Shown: positions 37,373 through 50,194 of the stretch, one piece after another
Layout: every line of letters begins with the position of its first letter
Numbering within the stretch: the stretch's first letter is position 1
Assembly (NCBI GenBank): GCA_937911045.1
Contig: CALEPX010000004.1
Span: 17,421 to 81,420, forward strand
Length of the DNA: 64,000 bases
Direction of reading: 5' to 3'
DNA from: an uncultured Fretibacterium sp.
GTDB lineage: Bacteria > Synergistota > Synergistia > Synergistales > Aminobacteriaceae
Position numbers and translations under genes: made by a program
The notes under the pieces: model-generated
The model's database searches: none
Told to the model about the DNA's origin: nothing
The model's input: only the letters and a program-made list of their open reading frames with translations

Positions 37373-39013
37373 TTGGCAAAGGACAAATTCAATCTAACGG
37401 ACGACATGATGCAGCGTCTGAGAGCAAGATTTCTCGAATTCAAGCGCGAACGTGACATGATACATGCGTTATTGAACGATTACATTGCAGATTACAGACA
37501 ATTTGATGGAACGTCTGAGCAACGTTACGAATATTTACGCCGAAAGTTTTCGTCACGAGTTCCGGCTTTAAGTCACTTGATATTCTCTCAGGGCGAAATT
37601 CTCTGGAGCGTCAATGACATCGCAATAGTCTTGGACAGACACAGAACTACAATCGGCAGATCTCTCGAAAAAATGGAACACTCAAGCGCATGGCGTTCAA
37701 GATTATTATCAACACGCGAAAATTCCAAAGCTTCAAGCGGTCTGAACGTCACGGTATATCGCAAAGAGATTTTTGACTTGCTGCTGGATTTGTACGAAGA
37801 AGAATATTTGCTCAGATTCTCTCAGCCAAGACACGGCGATCCCGAAAATGCTCCTGACGAAATCGAAGTGCGAAAGTTTTGGGAATTTCTCAAAGATGCT
37901 GAAGCTTACGATTTGCTCAGTCTCAGTGACGAATCCGGCGAATCCGATGAATACGACGAAGATTTTGACGACGAGATCCCGCCAATTACGTTCGGTGAAA
38001 TTATGTCGATGATTTGGGAGAAAGTTTTCAGAATCAGGAACACTACGATTTGTTCGGTGATTTTTGCGATTGTATTCGAATTAACGCGAAGATTTTTCGG
38101 GATTAACGTCTGGCTGTCAATCATTCCGTTCACGATTACGATTTTGTGTGTGCTGATCATGTTCTCAAATTCACGGCTGAATTTCTGGGCAAATATTGGA
38201 GCTGTTAGTTTATTTTTCGGGTTTCTGTGGGTGTCAGCGTCACTATCGATTGACAAGCTCTCACCGGAATTTCGCGATGAAGTCAAAAGCCAGGTCAAGT
38301 CCGAAGTAAAATCCGAAATGAAATCCGAAATCAAGGACGAGATAAAAGTCGAAATCAAAACCGAAGCAGAATCTATCGAACCGAAATTATCACTCGCTCC
38401 GACGATGGGACGCAATCTAACCGTAGCTTTTAATATCGGCTCGAATGTTTTTGACAGGACGCGCGAATTTTTTTACAGAATACGCCCGAACGAAAATTTC
38501 AGGTCTCTCGGCAAAATGAACCTGATAAATCCCGACACAAAAGAACCTTACGCAGCTCGCACTATACAAACTGACAGAAGCTCCGGAATAATTACGATTG
38601 ATTTGAAATACGTTGATCTTAATGAGAACGAGAGCGAAAATTTCTGGACATTCTCGGCTGATTTGGGCGTTGAACTCGTGAAATTGTGCAAGCAATCCGT
38701 CCTGAACACTCCGAATGATTACGCTTGGCTGTTCATCACGAAATATTACGACGGAAATTACGCGCTGAGAGTTTACCCGCCGTTATTTGACGCAATCGGA
38801 CGCGAATCGATTCAGGAAATTTATTACGGCTTGAACGGTGAATCACCCAAAACGAGAATTGATTACGCGAAACTCTCAGAACCCGGGCGCGGCAATCATG
38901 TGTTCGACGTTTATCTGGTAACGAAACACGCGAAAAACGACATGCACTCAGTTAAATCATATATCCTGTTCAAAGACGGGACTTCATCGGACGTGCGGGA
39001 AATCGATTTCTAA
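37373..39013 (+). CDS. Hypothetical membrane protein with an N-terminal HTH-like cytoplasmic domain, acidic linker, about 3 TM helices, (E-x-K-S)8 repeats and an unknown C-terminal domain of about 210 aa
   Basis: TTG start 10 nt after GGGAG. HTH-like WSVNDIAIVLDRHRTTIGRSLEKM. TM helices span ICSVIFAIVFEL...LFFGFLWVSASL. No family was recognised. Confidence 0.6.
   Translation: MAKDKFNLTDDMMQRLRARFLEFKRERDMIHALLNDYIADYRQFDGTSEQRYEYLRRKFSSRVPALSHLIFSQGEILWSVNDIAIVLDRHRTTIGRSLEKMEHSSAWRSRLLSTRENSKASSGLNVTVYRKEIFDLLLDLYEEEYLLRFSQPRHGDPENAPDEIEVRKFWEFLKDAEAYDLLSLSDESGESDEYDEDFDDEIPPITFGEIMSMIWEKVFRIRNTTICSVIFAIVFELTRRFFGINVWLSIIPFTITILCVLIMFSNSRLNFWANIGAVSLFFGFLWVSASLSIDKLSPEFRDEVKSQVKSEVKSEMKSEIKDEIKVEIKTEAESIEPKLSLAPTMGRNLTVAFNIGSNVFDRTREFFYRIRPNENFRSLGKMNLINPDTKEPYAARTIQTDRSSGIITIDLKYVDLNENESENFWTFSADLGVELVKLCKQSVLNTPNDYAWLFITKYYDGNYALRVYPPLFDAIGRESIQEIYYGLNGESPKTRIDYAKLSEPGRGNHVFDVYLVTKHAKNDMHSVKSYILFKDGTSSDVREIDF
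38279..38374 (+). repeat. Eight tandem 12-nt units encoding E-[VIM]-K-[ST]-type tetrapeptides
   Basis: gaagtcaaaagc caggtcaagtcc gaagtaaaatcc gaaatgaaatcc gaaatcaaggac gagataaaagtc gaaatcaaaacc gaagcagaatct. Confidence 0.85.
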
Positions 39014-39132
39014 AATTGACAGGAATTGACGAAAATTTTTTACTCAATTCTGTATATTTCAAAAATACTCGCAAATGAGATAATATTCCTGCATAATTTT
39101 GCTATTCAGAAACCAGAAAGGAATGAATAAAC

Positions 39133-39663
39133 TTGTTCAACGGAACTACGATTGTGTGTGTTCGGGACGGCTCAAAAGTTGCGATGGCCGGTGATGGTCA
39201 GGTAACTTTGGGAAGTCAGGTTATAAAATCCGGTGCGAGAAAAGTGCGCACGTTGTTACACGGGAAAATTTTGACGGGGTTCGCAGGAAGTACTGCCGAC
39301 GCTATGACGTTGCTCGAAAAATTCGAGAATTGCCTTGAACAGGAAAAGGGCGATTTGATGCGAGGTGCTGTTAAACTTGTTCGGGAATGGCGGCTTGATA
39401 AAGCGTTGCGGCGTTTGGAAGCCATGATGTTGGCGGCAAATTCTGAGATGACGTTATTATTAAGCGGCGCGGGCGATGTGCTTGAACCTGAAGGCGATGT
39501 TGCTGCTATTGGTTCTGGCTCTGGTTACGCATTGGCTGCTGGTCGTGCGTTGAGAGCTGCTACGGATCTTTCAGCCGATGAAATTGCGAAACGTGCTATC
39601 GAAATTGCTTCGGAAATTTGCATTTACACGAATAATAATATTACACTTGAGGTACTTGCTTAG
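39133..39663 (+). CDS. hslV: ATP-dependent protease subunit HslV
   Basis: [23 protein letters not shown] and [17 protein letters not shown] start. Confidence 0.93.
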   Translation: MFNGTTIVCVRDGSKVAMAGDGQVTLGSQVIKSGARKVRTLLHGKILTGFAGSTADAMTLLEKFENCLEQEKGDLMRGAVKLVREWRLDKALRRLEAMMLAANSEMTLLLSGAGDVLEPEGDVAAIGSGSGYALAAGRALRAATDLSADEIAKRAIEIASEICIYTNNNITLEVLA

Positions 39664-39666
39664 AAA

Positions 39667-41148
39667 ATGGCTACGAAAATTACAAATTCAGATTTAACGC
39701 CCTCGAAAATTATCGAGTATTTGAATCGCTATATAATCGGTCAGGACAAAGCGAAACGTGCTGTTGCAATCGCTCTCAGAAATCGAATCAGACGCAGAGC
39801 CTTGCCGCCGGAAATTGCTCACGAGATCATGCCGAAAAATATCCTGATGGTAGGACCTACAGGTGTCGGAAAAACTGAAATCGCGCGAAGATTAGCTACA
39901 CTGACAGATGCTCCGTTCGTGAAAGTCGAGGCTACAAAATTCACGGAAGTCGGTTATGTCGGTCGTGACGTTGAGACTATAATTCGAGATTTGACGGAAT
40001 TTGCTGTCTCAATGGTGCGAAAGAAAATGCTGGCGAAAGTTCAAGCCCCTGCTATGGAACGCGCCGAACAGAGATTACTCGATGCGTTGCTGCCAAAACC
40101 CGTGAAAAAATTTCCGGTTCACGATTTCATGAGAGCTTTCAACGCGAGTTTATCCGCTGAGAAAAATAATTCCGAGCAAGATCCAGATCCAGATCCAGAT
40201 TCAGATGCAAATGCAATTTCGGATTCAGAACAGGAAACACAAATTACTCCGGAAGAAGATGCCCGACATGAACGAACACGCGAAAGATTGCTCAAGATGC
40301 TTAGAGAAGGCAAACTTGATTCGCGCGACATAGAAATCGACGTTAATGACAGCGTGACAGCAATGCCATTTTTCGCTTCACCCGGAATGGACGTTATGGG
40401 CATAAATATTACCGAAATGCTCGGGGGGATCATGCCCAAGAGAACTAAGAAACGCCACATGAAAGTCTCCGAAGCTCTGAGAATTTTGCAGCAGGAAGAA
40501 GCCGAGAAATTAATCGACGCGGACGCAATGGCTAAAGAAGCTCTGGAACTTGCTCAGGAGGACGGAATCGTATTTCTTGACGAGATTGACAAAGTTGTCG
40601 TGAAAAATGGCAGCTCTCACGGACCAGACGTCAGCCGCGAAGGTGTTCAGCGTGATTTATTGCCGATTGTCGAAGGCTCTGTTGTGCAAACTCGTTACGG
40701 GCCTGTAAAAACCGATCACATTCTTTTTATTGCAGCGGGTGCGTTCAGCGGCGTTAAACCGTCGGATTTGATTCCGGAATTGCAGGGGCGTTTCCCGATT
40801 CGCGTTGAGCTTGAGCCTTTGAGCTGGGAAAATTTGCAGCAGATTTTGACTGAACCGGAGAACAGCTTGATAAAACAATACGAAGCGTTAATCTCAACAG
40901 AAGGCACGGACTTGATATTCACGAAAGAATCTACCGAGGAAATTGCGCGACTTGCTCACAAAATGAACTCCGAAATGGAGGACATCGGCGCTCGAAGGTT
41001 GCACACAATGATGGAACAGTTGCTCGAAGAAATCAGTTTCAGCGTTTGCGACATGGACACCGAAAGTGTGACTATTACTCCGGAAATGGTGCGCGAAAAG
41101 TTAAGCGGCTTAATCGAGAATAGCGATATACGAAGATACTTGTTATAA
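39667..41148 (+). CDS. hslU: ATP-dependent protease ATPase subunit HslU
   Basis: LTPSKIIEYLNRYIIGQDKAKRAVAIALRNR, Walker A GPTGVGKTEIARRLA and the C-terminal motif ARRLHT. The I-domain carries an acidic DPDPDPDSDA insert. Confidence 0.95.
   Translation: MATKITNSDLTPSKIIEYLNRYIIGQDKAKRAVAIALRNRIRRRALPPEIAHEIMPKNILMVGPTGVGKTEIARRLATLTDAPFVKVEATKFTEVGYVGRDVETIIRDLTEFAVSMVRKKMLAKVQAPAMERAEQRLLDALLPKPVKKFPVHDFMRAFNASLSAEKNNSEQDPDPDPDSDANAISDSEQETQITPEEDARHERTRERLLKMLREGKLDSRDIEIDVNDSVTAMPFFASPGMDVMGINITEMLGGIMPKRTKKRHMKVSEALRILQQEEAEKLIDADAMAKEALELAQEDGIVFLDEIDKVVVKNGSSHGPDVSREGVQRDLLPIVEGSVVQTRYGPVKTDHILFIAAGAFSGVKPSDLIPELQGRFPIRVELEPLSWENLQQILTEPENSLIKQYEALISTEGTDLIFTKESTEEIARLAHKMNSEMEDIGARRLHTMMEQLLEEISFSVCDMDTESVTITPEMVREKLSGLIENSDIRRYLL
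40180..40215 (+). repeat. In-frame hexanucleotide microsatellite (GATCCA)3-GATTCA-GATGCA-AATGCA in the HslU I-domain
   Basis: Read directly from the sequence. Encodes DPDPDPDSDANA and contains three GATC sites. Confidence 0.85.
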
Positions 41149-41182
41149 ACTTGAATTTGCGAGGGAGGTTAGTTAGATTATC

Positions 41183-41989
41183 ATGAACGGACTTATACAT
41201 TCAGAAAATGCGGCTCTGAAAAAATTATTGAACAAAACGCGTCAGGTCGGGCGTGCGATTCAATCGCGTCGTGAGGGTGAACCGCTGGATTATTTTCACT
41301 TGTCGCAATTATTATCCGAATTTTCTACGGCGAACGTTTATATCGTCGATAAATTGGGAATGTTGCTGGGCTATAACTGGCTGCCTGAATACGAGTCAAA
41401 GGCTTTATCCGACAGTTTCAAAGACGGAGTTATGCCCGAGGAATTTGTGATCCGCATGAACCGTTGCAGAGATTCCGAAATTCATGACGAAGACGCGTTT
41501 TTGTTCGACGACGCTTATTCTGGCGAAAGACCGGAAAAGCATCTCATGTACGTTCCGATTTTGGGAGCTAGTGCTGAACGATTGGGTACGGTTATGCTTG
41601 TGAGATTTCACGCGCCATTCTTACTTGAGGACGTGTTGCTCGCCGAATATCTGGGCATGTTGGTCGGGATCGAAATTCTAAATGAACGCGCAAAAAATTT
41701 AGAGGAAATTTCCCGCAATCGAATTGCTGTTCAAATGGCAATGCGTGCGCTGTCATATTCGGAACTTGAGAGCATGAAACATATCTGTGCGGAATTAAAC
41801 GGCATTGAAGGTGTCGCAATCGCCAGCAAAGTTGCGGATCGTGTCGGAGTTACGCGAAGTGTAATCGTGAATGCTCTGCGAAAACTTGAGAGTGCAGGCT
41901 TAATCGAAAGTCGCAGTCTCGGCATGAAGGGAACGTATATTAAAATCCTGAGTCCGTTGCTGCTGGAATACCTCAACAAAAGCAACTAA
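41183..41989 (+). CDS. codY: GTP-sensing pleiotropic transcriptional regulator CodY
   Basis: The C-terminal wHTH ASKVADRVGVTRSVIVNALRKLESAGLIESRSLGMKGTYIKIL is nearly identical to Firmicute CodY. It has a GAF-like N-terminal half and follows hslVU as in the B. subtilis codVWXY operon. Confidence 0.9.
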   Translation: MNGLIHSENAALKKLLNKTRQVGRAIQSRREGEPLDYFHLSQLLSEFSTANVYIVDKLGMLLGYNWLPEYESKALSDSFKDGVMPEEFVIRMNRCRDSEIHDEDAFLFDDAYSGERPEKHLMYVPILGASAERLGTVMLVRFHAPFLLEDVLLAEYLGMLVGIEILNERAKNLEEISRNRIAVQMAMRALSYSELESMKHICAELNGIEGVAIASKVADRVGVTRSVIVNALRKLESAGLIESRSLGMKGTYIKILSPLLLEYLNKSN

Positions 41990-42022
41990 CTCACTAATTC
42001 ACGAGAATTTACGCGCATGAAA

Positions 42023-42057
42023 AATGCCCCTCCGGATTCATCTCTGGAAGGGCATTC
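42023..42057. terminator. Hairpin between convergent codY and the surface-protein gene
   Basis: Stem aatgcccctcc/ggaagggcatt (11 bp, one mismatch) with a 13-nt loop. Confidence 0.5.
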
Positions 42058-42089
42058 GTTTATTTCTAACTATCAGCTAAATTTCCGAA

Positions 42090-43754
42090 TTACTTCTTTT
42101 TGCGTAACAGTGCAAGTCCACCAAGAGCAACGAGTGCAAGTCCTGAGAAACCTGCTGAGCAACCGCCGCCGCCACCGGAATGATGTGGAGTGCTTGTGCC
42201 GCCATTGCTGGACACATTGACTTTGATCGCAAGGAGCGGTTTAGTGTACTTGGAAGTCGTCTTAATTGCGAACGTCACATAACCACTCTTAATCTCGCTC
42301 TTCACAGCACCAGTTTTAACTCTTCCCTTAGCCTCGGTGTCATCGAACAGATCCTTCGGGAACACTTCGACGAGATCACCGGAAATTGAAGTCCAAACAT
42401 CAGCGGAAATCTCTTTTCCAGCCTCTGCACCATCAGTGTAGAAATGGAAGTTTTTGTCAAGGTCTTTGCTGATCTTCTCGTAATCGAGATCGCCAAGATC
42501 AAAAGAAGCAAGTCTCAACACGTACGTGCCATCCTCAGAAGCACCCTTAATCGGGAAAATTAACGCAACTGGCTGAAGCTCATAACTTGAGGTCTCCCAA
42601 GCATCTTCTTCGTCATCGTCAACTTTCCAACCGTCAGCGCTGATGTACTTAGCATCAAGAACTTTCGCGTCAAATGAGCCGCTATCCAAATTGGCAAGAG
42701 CAGCGATAACTGTACCATCAACTTTGTTGGTAACACCGGACGCTGCCCAAGAAGCTGTTACGAAATCAATCGTTTCCTCAGTAACAACTGTAACATCGAC
42801 TTTCTCTGTTGTGGTTGTCAAAGCCGTTCCGCTCTCACCCTTGTCATCGTTTGCAACTGAAATAACTGGCTCGTAGGTTTCGCCCTCTTCCATGTACGTT
42901 GCGACGTTCAGGTAACCAGGAATTGCATCTCCGCTCTCACCGGGAACAGTAGTAACCTCTTCGCCAAGGCTGTTAAGGAACACTGCTTCACCAGCTTCGT
43001 CGTCAGCAGCCGCAACTTTGACACCTTTACCTGCTTTGCTGCCGGTCTTGAAATTGTTGTACTTAACTTTCATGCCGTAAGTTTCTTTCGCGAACTGAGG
43101 CATCGGGAGAACAGCAACTCCGCTCGTAGCAGGCTTCATTGTCGGCATAACCGCGACTGGAGTTTGCTTCTTAAGTGCAGCTGCCTTCGTGGTATCTTCG
43201 GTGTTCGCAGCAAGTTGTGCGAGTTTCTGGGCAGCCGAACTGATCTGCTCGGTCTTGGTTCCAGTAGCAGCAGTCATCGTTATTGTGCTTGCTTCGATAG
43301 CTTTAACGGGCTCACTACCAGTGATGGCAGTAACAACGAGTTTGGCAACACTCTCAAGGAAATCCACTTTCGCTTTCAATTCGGTGATCTTCGCATCAAG
43401 AGAAGCTATCTGTGCTTCGTACACTTCCTTCTTAGCAGTATCGCTAACTGCCGCTATAGCCTCATTAGCAGACGCCGATGCCGTTTTCTGAAGATCCTCA
43501 ACCTTGGTCTCAGTGACAACATTTTGATTTGAAGGAACAACAGCGTCAACTGTCTCAACAGTTTCCTTGATAACCGTGACAGTATCTTCAACACCGGACT
43601 GAGGAACTTCGACTTCAGTTGGAACTTCCGGTGCATTTGGCGTAACTGGTTCTGGCGTCACGTGTCCACCCGGTACACCTTGCTCCGCCGCAAATGCCGC
43701 GCCCGCAACTGCGAGCATTCCGATAACAACTAATAGCGCAAAAATCTTTTTCAA
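42090..43754 (-). CDS. Exported surface protein with a Synerg-CTERM-type sorting tail
   Basis: Signal peptide MKKIFALLVVIGMLAVAGAAFA and a coiled-coil/Ala-Thr-Val-rich N-terminal half. The C-terminus is GGGGGCSAGFSGLALVALGGLALLRKKK. TTG start after AAAGGGG. Confidence 0.75.
   Translation of the reverse strand: MKKIFALLVVIGMLAVAGAAFAAEQGVPGGHVTPEPVTPNAPEVPTEVEVPQSGVEDTVTVIKETVETVDAVVPSNQNVVTETKVEDLQKTASASANEAIAAVSDTAKKEVYEAQIASLDAKITELKAKVDFLESVAKLVVTAITGSEPVKAIEASTITMTAATGTKTEQISSAAQKLAQLAANTEDTTKAAALKKQTPVAVMPTMKPATSGVAVLPMPQFAKETYGMKVKYNNFKTGSKAGKGVKVAAADDEAGEAVFLNSLGEEVTTVPGESGDAIPGYLNVATYMEEGETYEPVISVANDDKGESGTALTTTTEKVDVTVVTEETIDFVTASWAASGVTNKVDGTVIAALANLDSGSFDAKVLDAKYISADGWKVDDDEEDAWETSSYELQPVALIFPIKGASEDGTYVLRLASFDLGDLDYEKISKDLDKNFHFYTDGAEAGKEISADVWTSISGDLVEVFPKDLFDDTEAKGRVKTGAVKSEIKSGYVTFAIKTTSKYTKPLLAIKVNVSSNGGTSTPHHSGGGGGCSAGFSGLALVALGGLALLRKKK
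42093..42167 (-). other. Synerg-CTERM-like C-terminal sorting signal
   Basis: GGCSAGFSGLALVALGGLALLRKKK parallels the tail at 1931..2005. Confidence 0.65.
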
Positions 43755-43819
43755 AGCTAAAAACCCCTTTCAAAAATAATTTTCAAATTCAGTAAAATAT
43801 GCAGCTTTGAATAATGTTT

Positions 43820-43847
43820 ATTCTACACCGCAACTTGCTTTTGTCAA
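43820..43847 (-). promoter_or_regulatory. Putative strong sigma70 promoter for the 42090..43754 surface-protein gene
   Basis: On the minus strand: TTGACA, 16-nt spacer, TAGAAT, about 60 nt upstream of the start codon. Confidence 0.45.
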
Positions 43848-44028
43848 TATCTTAGTCAAATTTTTTTCAAGCACGCTCGACAACTCATCAGAAATTTTTC
43901 AGAAATGCTCGGCGAATTAACCGGGCGTGTCTTGTGCAGGAAGAAATATTGCCCGGTTTCACGCAAGCCGCTCGTTCCAGACTTGTTAGCTTCAACAATA
44001 ACGACAACAACTGGAGGTCAAGCGTGAT

Positions 44029-45492
44029 TTATTCTTTCGTCATCGCAAGCGCACTGTCAAATAACTCGTTGACTTTCTCGCTCGGTGCTGGCGAAATTAT
44101 CGACACGATCACAGCCAAAACTAATCCAGCGAAAAATCCCGGAATAATTTCGTAAACTCCCGTCGAGGACATGTAATTCAGCCACGCAATATCAACAACC
44201 GCTCCCGTGATTATGCCGGCAACCGCTCCCGAAAACGTGAATCGCTTCCAGAACAAACTCAGCATGATAGACGGTCCAAATGCCGCTCCGAAAACTCCCC
44301 ACGCATTCGAAACCAACGCCATGATCGACCCAGCATTCGGACTCGACGCAATGTAAAGCGCAACAAACGCAATCACAAGAACTACAAATCGTCCAGCCCA
44401 AAGCATTTCCTTTTTGCCAGCATGTTCACGTCTGATAATCGGTCTGTAAACATCACTCGCAAATGCCGACGCAGCCGCTAATAACTGACTGTCCGCCGTA
44501 CTCATCGCAGCCGCCAATACCGCCGAAAGCAAAATTCCCGAAACTAACGACTGGAAAATTCTCCGAACCATCACGACAAATACCAGCGAGTTATTATTCA
44601 CAGCTTCGTCAAATCCGATAAACATTCTGCCGACAACTCCAACAAGCCCGGCGAAAATCAAGATTACAACCGTCCATGAGATTCCGATCTTAGCCGATTT
44701 CTTCAGATCTTGCTGCGAACGTAGAGACATGAAGCGAATTATAATATGCGGCATTCCGAAATATCCAAGCCCCCAGCCTAATCCGGAAACTATATCCTGC
44801 CAGCTAGAAAATACATCCCAGTAACCAGGCTGCGAAATTACACTAGCGCCACTCTCAAGCATAAACGCCGCCGTAATCGGGACGATTAACATCGCTGCGA
44901 GAACTAACATTCCCTGAAAGAAATCCGTCCATGATACTGCCGAAAATCCTCCCAAAAACGTGTAGCCAATCACAATTATCGCCGACAAATACATCGCAAG
45001 TTTCGTGTCAAGTCCGGTGACAGTGTTAAATAACGTGCCACATGCCTTGATGCTCGACGCTGAATAAATCGTGTACGCAATCAAAAATACTATTGCCGAA
45101 ATTAACTGCAAAACTTTGGATTGCGACAAAAATCTCTTGGTCAAATATTGCGGAATCGTTATCGAATCATCTGCAACAATCGAGAAACATCTCAATCTCG
45201 GTGCTTCGTAAATCCAACTCAACGCGTAACCCAGAGCAAGACCAACTGCAATCCAAACTTGACCAATTCCAAGCGCGTAAATCGACGTCGGCAATCCCAT
45301 CAAAACCCACGCACTCATGTCACTGGCTCCTGCCGATAACGCTGCAATCCACGGACCCATCTTGCGATCGCCCAGAAAATATCCTCGCTCAGTCTGGTTA
45401 GAATCTTTCACGAAGAAATACACACCGATCCCCAACATAAAAACCAAATATACGATAAAAACCGCAATTTCCAAAAAATTAATATCATTCAT
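44029..45492 (-). CDS. putP: Sodium/proline symporter (SSS family)
   Basis: YFLGDRKMGPWIAALSAGASDMSAWVLMGLP matches the PutP signature region. About 13 TM helices. Confidence 0.85.
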   Translation of the reverse strand: MNDINFLEIAVFIVYLVFMLGIGVYFFVKDSNQTERGYFLGDRKMGPWIAALSAGASDMSAWVLMGLPTSIYALGIGQVWIAVGLALGYALSWIYEAPRLRCFSIVADDSITIPQYLTKRFLSQSKVLQLISAIVFLIAYTIYSASSIKACGTLFNTVTGLDTKLAMYLSAIIVIGYTFLGGFSAVSWTDFFQGMLVLAAMLIVPITAAFMLESGASVISQPGYWDVFSSWQDIVSGLGWGLGYFGMPHIIIRFMSLRSQQDLKKSAKIGISWTVVILIFAGLVGVVGRMFIGFDEAVNNNSLVFVVMVRRIFQSLVSGILLSAVLAAAMSTADSQLLAAASAFASDVYRPIIRREHAGKKEMLWAGRFVVLVIAFVALYIASSPNAGSIMALVSNAWGVFGAAFGPSIMLSLFWKRFTFSGAVAGIITGAVVDIAWLNYMSSTGVYEIIPGFFAGLVLAVIVSIISPAPSEKVNELFDSALAMTKE

Positions 45493-45522
45493 GAAAACTA
45501 AAAACTCCCTTACTAAAAAATT

Positions 45523-49042
<3,520 letters not shown>

Positions 49043-49183
49043 AAAACTACAAACTCCTTCTTAATTGCAAATTTGCTATATTTTACACTATATCAGAACT
49101 ACGTATAATTTTCCTTGACAAAATTTCGCGATTCTTCCATTATTTAATACGCAGTTTATAATTCAATCAGGAGGAATTTTCTA

Positions 49184-50098
49184 ATGCGTAAGTTCTTAAT
49201 ATTTGTGTTGGCTTTGTGTATGCTTGTGAACGCTTCCGGTGCGTTTGCTCAGGGTAAGTTAGTCGGCTACACTTGCATGGACGGGACGAATCCGTTCTTT
49301 GTAGTCCTTGAGAAAGCAATCCGTGAAATAGTTGAAGCTAACGGTGACCAGTTAATTTCGCTTGACCCGCAGAACAGCAACGAGAAACAGATCGCCCAAA
49401 TTGAGGACATGATCAGCCGCGGAGTTGTCGCTATGTTCGTGAATCCGGTTGACCGTGACGGAATCATTGCAGCTCTCGACAAACTCAAGGACGCGAAAAT
49501 CCCGATGTTCGGATTCGATACTGAAGTCGCTGACATGAGCTATCTTGTAACATACGCTGGCTCAGATAACTACAATGCCGGTTATGTTTGCGGAGTTGAT
49601 CTTGCTGCGAAAAAACCTGAGGGCGGAAATATAATCGTTCTTGATTCACCGACAATGCAGTCAATCGTTGACAGAACTGACGGCTTCATGAAGGCAATCG
49701 AGGGCAAAAATTTCAACGTCGTCGCTCGTATCGACAGCATGGGCAATCAGGAGCAGGGCAACTTGAACGGCACAGACGCTCTCACAGCTCACCCCGAAGC
49801 AGTCGCAATTTTCGGCGGAAATGATCCCACGGCACTCGGTGCGTACGCTGCTGCAGAAGCTGCCGGGTCAAAAGCTTTGATTTACGGCGTTGACGGTTCA
49901 CCAGACATCAAATCACTCATCGCTGAGGGCAAAGTTGCCGGAACTGGTGCGCAGTCCCCGATCTCAATCGGCAAGACCATCGCTGAACTCTACTACAAAT
50001 ATCTTGCGGGCGAAAAACTCGAGGCGCGTTACCCAATCAGAACGTTCATGATAAATTCTGACAACATCGCCGAATACAACAACGGTGGTTGGCAATAG
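49184..50098 (+). CDS. Sugar ABC transporter substrate-binding protein (ribose-binding protein-like)
   Basis: Signal peptide and periplasmic-binding-protein type I fold motifs (NPFFVVLEKA, VDRDGII, GGNDPTALGA). Confidence 0.8.
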   Translation: MRKFLIFVLALCMLVNASGAFAQGKLVGYTCMDGTNPFFVVLEKAIREIVEANGDQLISLDPQNSNEKQIAQIEDMISRGVVAMFVNPVDRDGIIAALDKLKDAKIPMFGFDTEVADMSYLVTYAGSDNYNAGYVCGVDLAAKKPEGGNIIVLDSPTMQSIVDRTDGFMKAIEGKNFNVVARIDSMGNQEQGNLNGTDALTAHPEAVAIFGGNDPTALGAYAAAEAAGSKALIYGVDGSPDIKSLIAEGKVAGTGAQSPISIGKTIAELYYKYLAGEKLEARYPIRTFMINSDNIAEYNNGGWQ

Positions 50099-50111
50099 AC
50101 TTTGAATTTTC

Positions 50112-50143
50112 ACGCGGCTGATAACACGGTCGCGTTTTTTTTT
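50112..50143 (+). terminator. Intra-operon terminator/attenuator after the binding-protein gene
   Basis: Stem acgcggc/gtcgcgt followed by a T9 run. It lies between the SBP and ATPase genes. Confidence 0.6.
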
Positions 50144-50194
50144 GCAAACTTTCTCAAAATTTCTCAAATTTTCTAACGGTGGTGAGATTAACAA

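Noticed and set aside
38279-38374. Periodic short repeats (also at 21121-21165 and 57609-57692), considered as possible CRISPR arrays
   Set aside because: The units are only 6-12 nt, have no spacers and are mostly in-frame coding repeats. No cas genes are present.
43919-43958. Inverted repeat aaccgggc...gcccggtt downstream of putP, considered as a terminator
   Set aside because: It has an 8-bp stem but a 24-nt loop and no U-run on the putP strand, which is too weak to call. It may still act as an RNA processing or stability element.
49043-49183. Possible T-box, L-box or other riboswitch leaders upstream of lysS and gltX
   Set aside because: The available leaders are too short, and no specifier-loop, T-box or lysine-riboswitch consensus sequence could be recognised.
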